A stretch of DNA of 64,000 nucleotides from positions 2,130 through 66,129 of the forward strand of contig JALGVU010000004.1 in the NCBI GenBank assembly GCA_025774545.1, written 5' to 3'. A model generated the notes under the pieces. It was not told where the DNA came from. It searched no databases and saw only the letters and a program-made list of their open reading frames with translations. Positions 28,561-38,192 of the stretch are shown piece by piece. The translations under genes were made by a program, and so were the position numbers. The DNA comes from a bacterium. GTDB lineage: Bacteria > Joyebacterota > Joyebacteria > Joyebacterales > Joyebacteraceae. Numbering within the stretch: position 1 is the first letter of the stretch; the number at the start of each line of letters is the position of its first letter.

Positions 28561-29355
28561 TTACGATCGCTGCGCGGCGCGCGCCCTCCGGGAGAGATAC
28601 GCCATGAAGCCGGCTGCGATGAGGACGAGCACGATGCCCATCGCCTGGTTGCTCGAGACGTGCCAGCCCTCGCCCTTCCGGACCATCGACATCGGCTCGT
28701 AGTAGCGGATCGGATCGATGAGGAAGCGGTAGACGGACAGGAGGATCACGAAGAGCCACGTCAGGAAGCCCTCGAACGGTTTCCGTCGCTCGACGGCGAG
28801 CAGGACCGCGAGGATGACGAGCGCAGCGATGGTCGCGTAGAGCTGGGTCGGATGGACGGCCACGCCGGGGAACTGGGTGCCGGCGACCGACTCCGGGGGG
28901 AACGTGGCGGCCCACGGGCGTGCGCACGCCTGGCCGAAGCAGCATCCGTTCAGGAAGCAGCCGACCCGCCCGATCGCGATGCCGAGCGCCAGCGAGGGAG
29001 CGACGACGTCGGCGCCCCTCCACGGGTCGATGCCGCGCCTCGCGAAGAAGATGAGCCCGACCAGAAAACCCGCGGCGATGCCGCCGTACTGCGTCAGACC
29101 ACCGTCCCAGATGCGAAACGCCGCCAGGGGATCGAGCTGGAAGTAGGTCCAGTGCACGATCACGTAGGCCGCGCGGGCGCCGGCGATCGAGGCCAGGATG
29201 ACGAAGAAGGCGAAGTCGATGATGACGTCGGGGTCGAGGCCGTTCGCCTTGGCGCGGCGTCGCGCGAGCCAGATTCCGACGGCGAAGGCCAACGCCATCG
29301 CGACGCCGTAACTCCGGATCGGTAGTCGGCCGAGATGGAAGAGGATCGGAATCAC
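28561..29355 (-). CDS. lgt: prolipoprotein diacylglyceryl transferase
   Basis: Lgt signature region (GRVGCFLNGCCFG) and membrane topology. Confidence 0.85.
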   Translation of the reverse strand: MIPILFHLGRLPIRSYGVAMALAFAVGIWLARRRAKANGLDPDVIIDFAFFVILASIAGARAAYVIVHWTYFQLDPLAAFRIWDGGLTQYGGIAAGFLVGLIFFARRGIDPWRGADVVAPSLALGIAIGRVGCFLNGCCFGQACARPWAATFPPESVAGTQFPGVAVHPTQLYATIAALVILAVLLAVERRKPFEGFLTWLFVILLSVYRFLIDPIRYYEPMSMVRKGEGWHVSSNQAMGIVLVLIAAGFMAYLSRRARAAQRS

Positions 29356-30579
29356 CTAGTACTCCATCCTTCGAAGGCCCATGCCCAACACGATTCCGAT
29401 CGACATGAGCGTAACGAGGAGCGACGAGCCGCCGTAGCTCAGGAACGGCAGCGGCATTCCCGTGACCGGCAGGAGCCCGAGGGTCACCCCTATGTTGATC
29501 GCCGACTGGATGAAGAGTGTGCTGGCGATGCCGACGATCACGAGGCTCGCGAACCGGTTACGGACCTGCCCCGCAAGCTGGATCATCCTGAGCACGAGGT
29601 AGAGGTAGAGCGTCAGCACGATCAGGCAACCCAGGAACCCGAACTCCTCGGCAACGACCGAGAAGATGAAGTCGGTGTGCTGCTCCGGGAGGAACGCGAA
29701 GTTCTTCTGCGTTCCCTGCAGGAAGCCCTTCCCCAGGGCGGCCCCGGAGCCGATGGCGATCCGGGACTGGATCAACTGATACCCCGTGCTGAAACGGTAC
29801 TTCTCGGGGTTCAGGAATGCAATGACTCTGTGCTTCTGGTAGTCCTCGAGGGAGTGCCAGAGGAACGGCCCGAGCCGCCCGGTCACGATGCTCGTGATGA
29901 AGATCAGGAGCTTGTCGATGATGAGCATTCGGGACAGATAGAGAAGCCACCCCAGGAGCCCGAGGTAGATCGTCCAGGCGAGCCAGTGGAACGCGAGGAC
30001 CATGCTGATCACGGGCGTCGCGAGGAGCAGCAGGTAGACGGGACGGACCCCCGCCCAGTAGAGCATCGGGATCATGAGCAGAAGGAAGATCACCGAGGTG
30101 CCGAGATCGGGCTCCCGAAGCACGAGCCCCGTCGGGACCAGGACGAGGAGAAGCGGGATCGTCAGGTGGATCGGCCGCTCGACCCTGGTCTTCCGCCTTG
30201 CGAGGTAGCGTGCCAGGATGAGGATCACGGCGTACTTCGCGAGCTCCGAGGGTTGAAGCCGCATCGGTCCGACGTCGAACCAGCGCCGCTCGCCGGTCTT
30301 CCCCACGCCGATGACGAGGACCGCGATGAGGAGAAGCAGGATGACCCCGTAGATGATCGGTGAGAGCGCCTCGAGCGTGTCCTGCGACACGAACATCGCT
30401 GCGAACATGACGATCATACCGATCGCCGCCCAGAGCGCCTGCCTCTTCGCGAGCATCGAGAGCGCCGGGTCGCTCTCGCCGTGCGTCGCGCTGTAGATCA
30501 TCACGATCCCGAGAACGACGAGGAGGAGCGTCGCCGTCAGGATTCCGGTGTCGAAGTCCCTGAGCTGCCTACGGTCCAC
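29356..30579 (-). CDS. rodA: SEDS family peptidoglycan polymerase RodA (FtsW/RodA/SpoVE); ORF extends to 30735, GTG start at 30579 with AAGGAG RBS
   Basis: SEDS polytopic membrane protein immediately downstream of PBP2 in an mreBCD-mrdA-rodA cluster. Confidence 0.8.
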   Translation of the reverse strand: MDRRQLRDFDTGILTATLLLVVLGIVMIYSATHGESDPALSMLAKRQALWAAIGMIVMFAAMFVSQDTLEALSPIIYGVILLLLIAVLVIGVGKTGERRWFDVGPMRLQPSELAKYAVILILARYLARRKTRVERPIHLTIPLLLVLVPTGLVLREPDLGTSVIFLLLMIPMLYWAGVRPVYLLLLATPVISMVLAFHWLAWTIYLGLLGWLLYLSRMLIIDKLLIFITSIVTGRLGPFLWHSLEDYQKHRVIAFLNPEKYRFSTGYQLIQSRIAIGSGAALGKGFLQGTQKNFAFLPEQHTDFIFSVVAEEFGFLGCLIVLTLYLYLVLRMIQLAGQVRNRFASLVIVGIASTLFIQSAINIGVTLGLLPVTGMPLPFLSYGGSSLLVTLMSIGIVLGMGLRRMEY

Positions 30580-32635
30580 GGTCGTCTCCTTGCGTCCCGG
30601 TCCCGCGCGTCGCGTCGCCTTCCGCGCCCTCTGTCGCAGCCTCCGGCCGCCGTGGTTCGCGCGCGGGCCCTCCGCCTCCTTGGTCGCCGTCGCCGGCCCC
30701 GGGCGAGGGCCGCTCCTGAGGCGGCGCGTGTCCATCGTGCGTCCTCACGGACGCCTCACCCGCCGTGGGCTCCGGTGGCTCCCACTCGGTCAGGAGCTCC
30801 GACCGCGCGGGTTCCGTCTCGGGAGGCCGGACGGCCGGCGGCGCGTCCTCGATCCTGAGATACGCCTTCATGACGTCGCGAGCGATCGGCGCCGCGATGG
30901 CGCCTCCCCCGCCGGCATTCTCGACGATGACGGCGATGGCGATCTCCGGATCGTCGGCGGGAGCGAAGGCGATGAACCACGCGTGGTTCTCACCGTGCGG
31001 GTTCTGTGCCGTACCGGTCTTGCCCCCCACCTCGATGCCCGGGATCCTCGCCAGCTTCCCCGTGCCGTTCGGAGCCTCGACCACTCCGAGCATCGCGCGG
31101 CGGAGGAAGTCGATGGTCTCGTCGCTGTACGGGAGCTCGTACGCCGTCGAACGCTTCGGTGTGCCCAGCACGCGTCCCGAGCGGGTCTGCACCTGTTTGA
31201 GCAGGTGCGGCGTCACCGCGACGCCTCCGTTGACGATGGCGGCAGTCAAGCAGGCGGCCTGTATCGGCGTCACCAGGAGCTCGCCCTGCCCGATCGCCAG
31301 GTTGAGAACGACGCCGCGGCTCCACTTCCCGCGGCCGTACCTCCTGTCGTACCACCTGGGCGTCGGCACGTTGCCGGGGACCTCGCCGGCGACGTCGACC
31401 CCCGTGACGCGGCCCAGTCCGCTCCGCTCGGTCCAGCCCATGAGGGTCGGCACGCCGAGCCTCGCGCCGAGTTGATAGAAGAAGACGTCGCATGACTCGA
31501 TGATGCCGTCCAGGAGCCCGACGACCCCGTGACCCTCAGCTCGCCAGCACCTGAACGTCCGAATGCCGTACTTGTACGCGCCCTTGCAGGTCACGTGCTC
31601 GCGCCGCTCCGCGACGATACCGGTCTCGAGGCCCACCGCGGCGGTGACGAGCTTGAACGCACTGGCGGGAGGATACGCTGCCTGGATCGTCCTGTTCAGA
31701 AGCGGGTGCGTCGGCGAGCTGGTGAGCTCCGACCACTCACTCGTCGAGACGCCGTCCGCGAGCGAGTTCGGGTCGGGGCCCGGATGGGACGCGAAGACGA
31801 GCACGTCCCCGTTCGACGGGTCGAGCGCCACGATCGCGCCGGCGGCGAACTCGCCGAGCCTCTCATCCGCGACCCGCTGGGCCACGGCGTCGATGGCGAG
31901 GATGACGTCGTGCCCAGGCTTCGCCTCCCGCGAGTGTCCGCCGAAGGGACGAAGCTCGCGGCCCGACGCGTCGTAGACCCAGTACTCGATGCCGTCCTCT
32001 CCGCGCAGCTGCGGTTCGTATCGGCGCTCCATACCCGCCTTGCCGATCATGTCGCCAGAGCGGTACCCGAGCGACGCCTTCGTCTCGAGCTCGGCCTCCG
32101 ACACCTCGCCCACGTAGCCGAGCGCGTGATTGGCGAGGCGGATCTCCGGGTAGCGCCTGGCGGCGGTGACGTCGACCTTGACGCCCGGGAGCTCGGAGCG
32201 TCGCTCCTCGATGCGCGAGACCTGAGCGAAGGTGGCGTCCTCGACGAGCGTGACGCTTCCGTAGAAGTTCGTGCGCGCCTCCGCGAGGCGGCCGGCCACC
32301 TCGATCTCCTCGAGTTCGAGCAGCAGCGCGAGCTTCTTTGCGAGGTCCACGTCGTCACGCCCGCGTCGGCGGCTCAGGGTGACCGAGTGCGAGACCCGGC
32401 TGTCGGCGAGGACCGTGCCGTGCCTGTCGAGGATGACGCCGCGCGGCGCGCGGACGACGAAGCCCTGGACGTAATTGTCCTCCGAGAGCTCACGATAGAA
32501 GCCGCCGCGGGCAAGCTGATACCACCCAAGCCGCGCGATCGTCAGCGCGAAGAGAGCGACGGCGACCCATCTGAGGCCCCGCGATCTCGATCGTGCGGCC
32601 TCGAGCGCCTCGATGCCGTTACCTGAGGGAGTCAC
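30569..32635 (-). CDS. mrdA: penicillin-binding protein 2 (class B transpeptidase) with a long low-complexity C-terminal tail
   Basis: PBP dimerisation domain, SxxK/SxN/KTG transpeptidase motifs (KTGTAQ), location after mreD. Confidence 0.85.
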   Translation of the reverse strand: MTPSGNGIEALEAARSRSRGLRWVAVALFALTIARLGWYQLARGGFYRELSEDNYVQGFVVRAPRGVILDRHGTVLADSRVSHSVTLSRRRGRDDVDLAKKLALLLELEEIEVAGRLAEARTNFYGSVTLVEDATFAQVSRIEERRSELPGVKVDVTAARRYPEIRLANHALGYVGEVSEAELETKASLGYRSGDMIGKAGMERRYEPQLRGEDGIEYWVYDASGRELRPFGGHSREAKPGHDVILAIDAVAQRVADERLGEFAAGAIVALDPSNGDVLVFASHPGPDPNSLADGVSTSEWSELTSSPTHPLLNRTIQAAYPPASAFKLVTAAVGLETGIVAERREHVTCKGAYKYGIRTFRCWRAEGHGVVGLLDGIIESCDVFFYQLGARLGVPTLMGWTERSGLGRVTGVDVAGEVPGNVPTPRWYDRRYGRGKWSRGVVLNLAIGQGELLVTPIQAACLTAAIVNGGVAVTPHLLKQVQTRSGRVLGTPKRSTAYELPYSDETIDFLRRAMLGVVEAPNGTGKLARIPGIEVGGKTGTAQNPHGENHAWFIAFAPADDPEIAIAVIVENAGGGGAIAAPIARDVMKAYLRIEDAPPAVRPPETEPARSELLTEWEPPEPTAGEASVRTHDGHAPPQERPSPGAGDGDQGGGGPAREPRRPEAATEGAEGDATRGTGTQGDDRGP

Positions 32636-33116
32636 CGGCGATCGCCCTCCAGCCCCACACCCGCGCGAGCACGAAGACCACGATGCCGAGCGCCGCCGTG
32701 TACGCCGCTCCTAGAACGCTGGGAGGGAGGAAGCTGTTACGGAAGATGTCCATCTGGTGGCGGTAGTAGACGACGTAATAGATGAAGTCTCGCAAGAGCG
32801 TCGCGACGAAGAGGACGCCGAACTGCACGAAGACGTTGGCCTTCACGAGATGGTCCCACACCCCGCCCGTCGTGAAGCCGACTATGGTCAGCCCGAGCGA
32901 ACTCAGGCCCAGGTACTCCGGGAACGCCGAGTTCGAGACGAGTCCCATGAGGAATCCGGCGATCGTCACGACGCGCGCGCCCAGGTAGAGCCCGCCGTAC
33001 ACGAGCACGAGCACGAGGAAGTCGGGACGGACGCCGCGGATGTCGAAGACGTGTGCGTACTCGGCATCGAGCACGACGGCGGCGTATGCGAGGAGCGCGA
33101 ACACCCACGGACGCAT
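32619..33116 (-). CDS. mreD: rod shape-determining protein MreD
   Basis: Small polytopic membrane protein between mreC and mrdA; 17-nt overlap with mrdA. Confidence 0.7.
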   Translation of the reverse strand: MRPWVFALLAYAAVVLDAEYAHVFDIRGVRPDFLVLVLVYGGLYLGARVVTIAGFLMGLVSNSAFPEYLGLSSLGLTIVGFTTGGVWDHLVKANVFVQFGVLFVATLLRDFIYYVVYYRHQMDIFRNSFLPPSVLGAAYTAALGIVVFVLARVWGWRAIAGDSLR

Positions 33117-34064
33117 CTAGTCGGTGCCCTCCTCTTCTCCGGTGCGGGGCCCGCTCCCGAGCACGGGCGGCTCCTCGCCCTCCGGGAGCGCGTCGAGCAG
33201 GCCGAGTTCCCTCAGCAGAGACTCCTGCTGCGCGTCGAGCAGGTCGGGGGGCGCGGTGCGAAGGCCGGTTTCCACGAACACCTGGCGGAGCGCGTGGAGC
33301 TCGACCGCGAGCTGAACGCGCACGGAGAGCTCGAGCGGACCCTCCGCGACTGAGGTCACGGTCCCGATCACGAGTCCGGGCGGGTAGATTCCCCCGAGGC
33401 CCGAGGTGACGACCTCGTCCCCGGCGACGACGTCCGAGCCCGACTCCAGGTACTTCATGTTCCATCCGAGGAGCTCCGACGACTGCCCGACGCGAGGCCG
33501 CACGATGCCCATGACCCCGCTTCGATTGATCACAGCGCTCGCTCCCGCGGTCGCGGCCGAGAGCGGTTCGACGTACGCGCGCTCCTGCAGCACGCTGACG
33601 ACCTTGCCGACGACGCCCTCGGGGGCCACGACGGCCTTGCCGGTCACGACCCCGTCCCTCTTGCCCTTGTCGATCTCGATCCGCTCGCTCAGCCGAACGC
33701 CCGGCAGCCGCGTCACGCGTGCGGGGACGACCTCGAGATACCCCTCCTCCGAGGAACTCACGAGGAAACGGACGACCTCGCGGATTCGCGCGACCTCCGC
33801 CCGTTCCCGGTCGAGCGCGCGCAGCTGCTCGCTGCGTGTGATCAGGAGAGACCGAAGCGCCTCGTTCTCCCTGCGGACGCCCGCAAGATCGGCGCCTCCA
33901 CGTTTCATGGCTCGGAACGGGCGGACCATGAGGTCGCACGCCGCGGAGAGCGCGTCCTTCTGCGGCGGTGGCAGGAGCATCAGTGAAAACGAGAGTAGCG
34001 TGCAGACGATGAAGGCGGACAGCTCGCGGTTTTCGCGGAAGAGCCGGGCGAGCAGAGCGAACAT
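33117..34064 (-). CDS. mreC: rod shape-determining protein MreC
   Basis: N-terminal TM + coiled coil, C-terminal beta domains, position directly after mreB. Confidence 0.75.
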   Translation of the reverse strand: MFALLARLFRENRELSAFIVCTLLSFSLMLLPPPQKDALSAACDLMVRPFRAMKRGGADLAGVRRENEALRSLLITRSEQLRALDRERAEVARIREVVRFLVSSSEEGYLEVVPARVTRLPGVRLSERIEIDKGKRDGVVTGKAVVAPEGVVGKVVSVLQERAYVEPLSAATAGASAVINRSGVMGIVRPRVGQSSELLGWNMKYLESGSDVVAGDEVVTSGLGGIYPPGLVIGTVTSVAEGPLELSVRVQLAVELHALRQVFVETGLRTAPPDLLDAQQESLLRELGLLDALPEGEEPPVLGSGPRTGEEEGTD

Positions 34065-34073
34065 CCCGTCTTC

Positions 34074-35129
34074 CTATCTTTTCGCCGGCCTCATCAGGAC
34101 GGGCTCGTAGTGGGAGAGGCTCTCGAGTATCTTGCCCGTTCCGAGAACCACGCACGTGAGCGGGTTCTCGACGACGTTGATCGGGAGCTTCGTCTCCTCT
34201 CGGAGAAGCACGTCGAGTCCCCGCAGGAGCGATCCGCCGCCGGTCATCACGATGCCGCGATCGACCAGGTCGGCCGCCAGCTCCGGAGGCGTCTCCTCGA
34301 GCGAAAGCTTGAGCGCTTCGACGATGGCGGAGATGGGTTCCTGAAGCGCCTCCCTGATCTCCTCCGACGTGATCTTGAGCGTGCGCGGGACGCCTCCGAC
34401 GAGATCGCGTCCCTTGACGTCGACCTCCATCTCCTCCTCGAGTGGGTAGGCCGACCCGATCTGGATCTTGACCTGCTCGGCGGTCTGCTCCCCGATCAGG
34501 AGATTGTAGCTCCGGCGGAGGTGGCTCATGATTGCCTCGTCCATCTCGTCGCCGCCGACGCGGACCGACGTGTGATTGACGATGCCGGAGAGGGCGATCA
34601 CGGCGATCTCGGTCGTGCCGCCGCCGATGTCGACGACCATGTTCCCCGCGGGTTTCTCGACCGGAAGGCCGACGCCGATGGCGGCCGCAATGGGCTCCGC
34701 GACGAGGAAGACCTCGCGGGCCCCCGCGTGCTCGGCGGAGTCCTGCACGGCGCGCCGCTCGACCTCCGTGATGCCGGAGGGCACGCAGATGACCATGCGC
34801 GGTCGCACGAGGAGCCGCCGTCTTTGGACCTGCAGGATGAACTCCCGAAGGAGATCCTCGGTTCCCTCGAAGTCGGCGATGACGCCGTCCTTCATCGGGC
34901 GCACGGCACTGATGCCGTCGGGCGTCCGCCCGAGCATCTCCTTGGCCTTGCTGCCGACCGCCACCACGTTCCCGGTGGCCTTCTCGATCGCGATGACCGA
35001 CGGCTCGTTCAGGACGACGCCCCTGCCTTTGACGTAGATGAGCGTGTTGGCGGTGCCGAGATCGATCGCGACGTCGTTCACGAGTCCGAGGATGGAGTCG
35101 AAGAGCATGATCGTCTTTCCGTTTCTCAT
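34074..35129 (-). CDS. mreB: rod shape-determining actin homologue MreB (start may be the internal Met at 35108)
   Basis: [11 protein letters not shown] phosphate-1 motif and full actin-like ATPase fold. Confidence 0.9.
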   Translation of the reverse strand: MRNGKTIMLFDSILGLVNDVAIDLGTANTLIYVKGRGVVLNEPSVIAIEKATGNVVAVGSKAKEMLGRTPDGISAVRPMKDGVIADFEGTEDLLREFILQVQRRRLLVRPRMVICVPSGITEVERRAVQDSAEHAGAREVFLVAEPIAAAIGVGLPVEKPAGNMVVDIGGGTTEIAVIALSGIVNHTSVRVGGDEMDEAIMSHLRRSYNLLIGEQTAEQVKIQIGSAYPLEEEMEVDVKGRDLVGGVPRTLKITSEEIREALQEPISAIVEALKLSLEETPPELAADLVDRGIVMTGGGSLLRGLDVLLREETKLPINVVENPLTCVVLGTGKILESLSHYEPVLMRPAKR

Positions 35130-35154
35130 GGGAGGCCCGCCGGCGCTCCCGCGG

Positions 35155-35865
35155 CTACATGTGCCCGAGTTCCTTCAGGCTGACGAAGCCCTGACTTGCG
35201 ATGACGACGTGATCCAACACCTCGATGCCGAGGATCCTGCCCGCCTCGACGAGCCGTTCCGTCACCAGGAGGTCCTCCTGGCTCGGTTCGGGAAGACCCG
35301 ACGGGTGGTTGTGTAGAAGAACAATCGCCTGCGCGCTCTCCGAAACGGCGGCCTTGAACACCTCCCTCGCGTGGACGATCGACGCGTTCAAGGAGCCGAC
35401 CGAGATCGTCCTGACACCAAGGATACGGTTCTTGGTGTTGAGGAGGATCGCGCGGAAGTGCTCGCGGTCGAGCGCCGACATCTCGCGCATGAACATATCG
35501 GCGACATCCTCGGGCCCCGTCAGGTAGACCTTCGGCGCCCGACCCTCGTGCGCCCGGAGCCTCCTCGCGAGTTCGCGCGCGGCCTTGAGCCGCGCCGCGA
35601 TGCTCCTCCCGACTCCCCTGACCTCCGTCAGGCTCGAGGGCGGCTCTCTCAGCACGGCGCCGAGAGTTCCGAAGCGCCCGATGAGAGCCCTGCCCACGTC
35701 CACGACCGGGAGCGATCCCGTGCTCCCCGAAATGAGAACGCACAGAAGCTCCAGGTCGGACAGCCCTACCGGTGGCAGGTCGCTCTCTGATGCGAGCCGC
35801 CACGTGTGACCGGAATCCTTGCTTCCCCGCACGTCACCCCGCCCAAGTCCCGGCAACGCTAGCAC
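35155..35865 (-). CDS. radC: RadC-family JAB-domain protein (UPF0758)
   Basis: HhH N-terminus and C-terminal JAMM-like HNHPSG motif. Confidence 0.8.
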   Translation of the reverse strand: MLALPGLGRGDVRGSKDSGHTWRLASESDLPPVGLSDLELLCVLISGSTGSLPVVDVGRALIGRFGTLGAVLREPPSSLTEVRGVGRSIAARLKAARELARRLRAHEGRAPKVYLTGPEDVADMFMREMSALDREHFRAILLNTKNRILGVRTISVGSLNASIVHAREVFKAAVSESAQAIVLLHNHPSGLPEPSQEDLLVTERLVEAGRILGIEVLDHVVIASQGFVSLKELGHM

Positions 35866-35881
35866 AAGCTTGTGAAAATCA

Positions 35882-37237
35882 TCAAGCGGTTTCTAACGGC
35901 TCGGGGCGCTCGCCCTCGAGCGCGACCGGCTTCGCCACGAGATCGAAACCGCTGACCTTCTCGATCGCCACGCGCACGAACGTCCCCGGACGAAGCGAGA
36001 ACGCAGAGGGTCGCTCGATCAACACCGTTCCGTCCATCTCCCACGCTTGACCGGCCGTGCGGGCCGTCGCGTGCTCGTCGACGTCGTCGATCAGGACGAT
36101 CACCTCGGAGCCGAGCGCCCGGCGCCCTCTCGCCTCCGCGATCTCCTCCATCGCGTCCACGATGAGGCGCGCGCGTGCCGCGGCCACCTCTCCGGGAACC
36201 TGCCCCTCCAGATGAAACGCCGGCGTCCCGGCCTCGGCTGAGAACTCGAAGACGCCGAGGTAGTCGATGTTCCCTTCCTCCACGAACGCCAGGAGTTCCT
36301 CGAACTCCTCCTCGTCCTCACCGGGAAACCCGATCATCACCGAGCTCCGGACGGTCACGCCGGGAACGGCGTTCCGCAGCCGCCCGATGAGAGACCGGAC
36401 GCCGGCGCCGTCGATTCCCCTGCCCATGCCCGCGAGGACGCGGTCGGAGACGTGCTGAATAGGAACATCGAGGTAAGGCACGACCCCCCGTTCCGATGCC
36501 ATCGCTCCGAGGAGTTCCTCGGTGACGTGGGCAGGATGCGTATAGAGCACGCGGATCCACGGAACGCCGAGCTCGGAGAGGTCGCCGATGAGCTCCGGCA
36601 GGAGACTTCCAGAAGCAATGTCCGTGCCGTAAGCGGTCGTGTCCTGGGCGATGAGGTTGATTTCCTTGACGCCCGCATCGAGGAGCCCCCGGACTTCCTC
36701 GATGACCGAGGAAGGCGTCCGGCTCCGAAGGGCCCCCCGGATCGAGGGGATCGTGCAGTAGTGGCAGTGGTTGTCGCACCCCTCGGCGATCTTGACATAC
36801 GCGAGATGCGGTGGTGTGGCGAGGATCCGGGGCGCCGTGTGATCGACGAGCGCGGCGCCGTCGCCCACCCGGTAGACGCGCGCGGACGAGGCGAGCGTCG
36901 CGAGGACGTCCTCGATCTCGTGAAACGACGAGCACCCGACAACGGCGTCCACACCGGGGAAGATCTCGAACGTCTCCTCGAGGAAGCGCTGCGGCAGGCA
37001 CCCGGCGACGATGACGCTCCCGACCACGCCCTCACGCTTGGCCGCCAGACACTCTTCAACGATCGCTCTCGATTCCGCGATGGCGGCCGAGATGAACGAG
37101 CAGGTGTTCACGATGACGACGTCGGCGCCCCGCACGTCGCCCACGAGCGCGTGGCCGGCCTCGTCGATGAGGCCGAGCATGACCTCGGCGTCGACGAGGT
37201 TCTTGGGGCACCCAAGGGTGATGAGAGCGACCTTCAT
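35882..37237 (-). CDS. rimO: ribosomal protein S12 methylthiotransferase RimO
   Basis: MKVALITLGCPKN N-terminus, radical-SAM CDNHCHYC motif, C-terminal TRAM domain. Confidence 0.85.
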   Translation of the reverse strand: MKVALITLGCPKNLVDAEVMLGLIDEAGHALVGDVRGADVVIVNTCSFISAAIAESRAIVEECLAAKREGVVGSVIVAGCLPQRFLEETFEIFPGVDAVVGCSSFHEIEDVLATLASSARVYRVGDGAALVDHTAPRILATPPHLAYVKIAEGCDNHCHYCTIPSIRGALRSRTPSSVIEEVRGLLDAGVKEINLIAQDTTAYGTDIASGSLLPELIGDLSELGVPWIRVLYTHPAHVTEELLGAMASERGVVPYLDVPIQHVSDRVLAGMGRGIDGAGVRSLIGRLRNAVPGVTVRSSVMIGFPGEDEEEFEELLAFVEEGNIDYLGVFEFSAEAGTPAFHLEGQVPGEVAAARARLIVDAMEEIAEARGRRALGSEVIVLIDDVDEHATARTAGQAWEMDGTVLIERPSAFSLRPGTFVRVAIEKVSGFDLVAKPVALEGERPEPLETA

Positions 37238-37379
37238 GAATGGAGTCTCTGAGTGATCGAAGGCTCACGCGGCTCGCGGGGAGGTCGATCGCAAAGGCGG
37301 CCGTCGCGTCGGGCGTTCGGCGCCCCCGCGCTTCTCCTCGGCGCCGCGCCGCCGGTCAGGCTCGTGCTCGAGCCGGTTG

Positions 37380-38192
37380 TCAGCGTGACCCGTACGGCGA
37401 GCCCGTGATCAGCTCGGTCCCCTCGGGCCTTCGCAACACGAACTCCCCCGCCGGGACCGTCACGTCGTAGCTCGACGCGTGCATCGTGTAGGTCGTCCGA
37501 TCGCCGGTGCTGGCGAAGGCGACGATCCGTGTGACCGACCGCGCGTTGGTGTCGATCGACACCTCGACGCGGACCGGCTCGCTGAAGGCGGTCGACGGCT
37601 TGAGGATCAACGTCGTGATCGAGCCCCGGGGCTCAGCCGCGAAGGGCGCGGTCCTGTCAGGCTCGAACTGCCTGAGCAGACGGGCCGGGTCGAGCGCGAC
37701 GTCGGCGGAATCGACCGCCGCGACGAAGAACTGGCTCGTGGCCGGCGAGTAGACCCACAGGCTGTCTTGAGCGACGACGATCCTTCCGCCGTCGGCATAG
37801 CGTATCGAGATGTTTCCCGGACGTTCGAGCAGAAGCACGCCCGACACCGACATCGTGGAGTCGGCGAGCGCCCAGTAGCTGTCCTGGGTGAATCCGATCC
37901 GGTACGAACGAGCGTCGTCGTATCGCTCGATCACGCGCGCGATCAGCTCGCGCGCCCGGGCGACGTCCGGCGACGTCTCGGCGCTCGTCGCGGTCACGGA
38001 GGGAGCGTCTGCGATCAGAAGGGCGGCCGTCGCCGCGGCGTTCCCGGGCGCCGCGCCTGCGCTCGTCGCGGCCGCGGTGAGCAGAAGCAAGAAGGCGGCC
38101 GCTGCCAATCCGGCCGCCGCAAGTGCCTTTCGCGCGGACCGCCACCCGGGCGCTCCGCACCATGTGCTATCGCTCTTCGTCCTCGTCAGCAT
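37380..38192 (-). CDS. lolA: LolA-like outer-membrane lipoprotein carrier protein. The ORF-track N-terminus (to 38390) is an out-of-register read through the ftsK acidic tail; real start is ATG 38192
   Basis: Signal peptide MLTRTK...LLLLTAAATSAGA followed by a LolA-like beta-rich domain; conserved ftsK-lolA synteny; start overlaps ftsK 3' end by 26 nt. Confidence 0.55.
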   Translation of the reverse strand: MLTRTKSDSTWCGAPGWRSARKALAAAGLAAAAFLLLLTAAATSAGAAPGNAAATAALLIADAPSVTATSAETSPDVARARELIARVIERYDDARSYRIGFTQDSYWALADSTMSVSGVLLLERPGNISIRYADGGRIVVAQDSLWVYSPATSQFFVAAVDSADVALDPARLLRQFEPDRTAPFAAEPRGSITTLILKPSTAFSEPVRVEVSIDTNARSVTRIVAFASTGDRTTYTMHASSYDVTVPAGEFVLRRPEGTELITGSPYGSR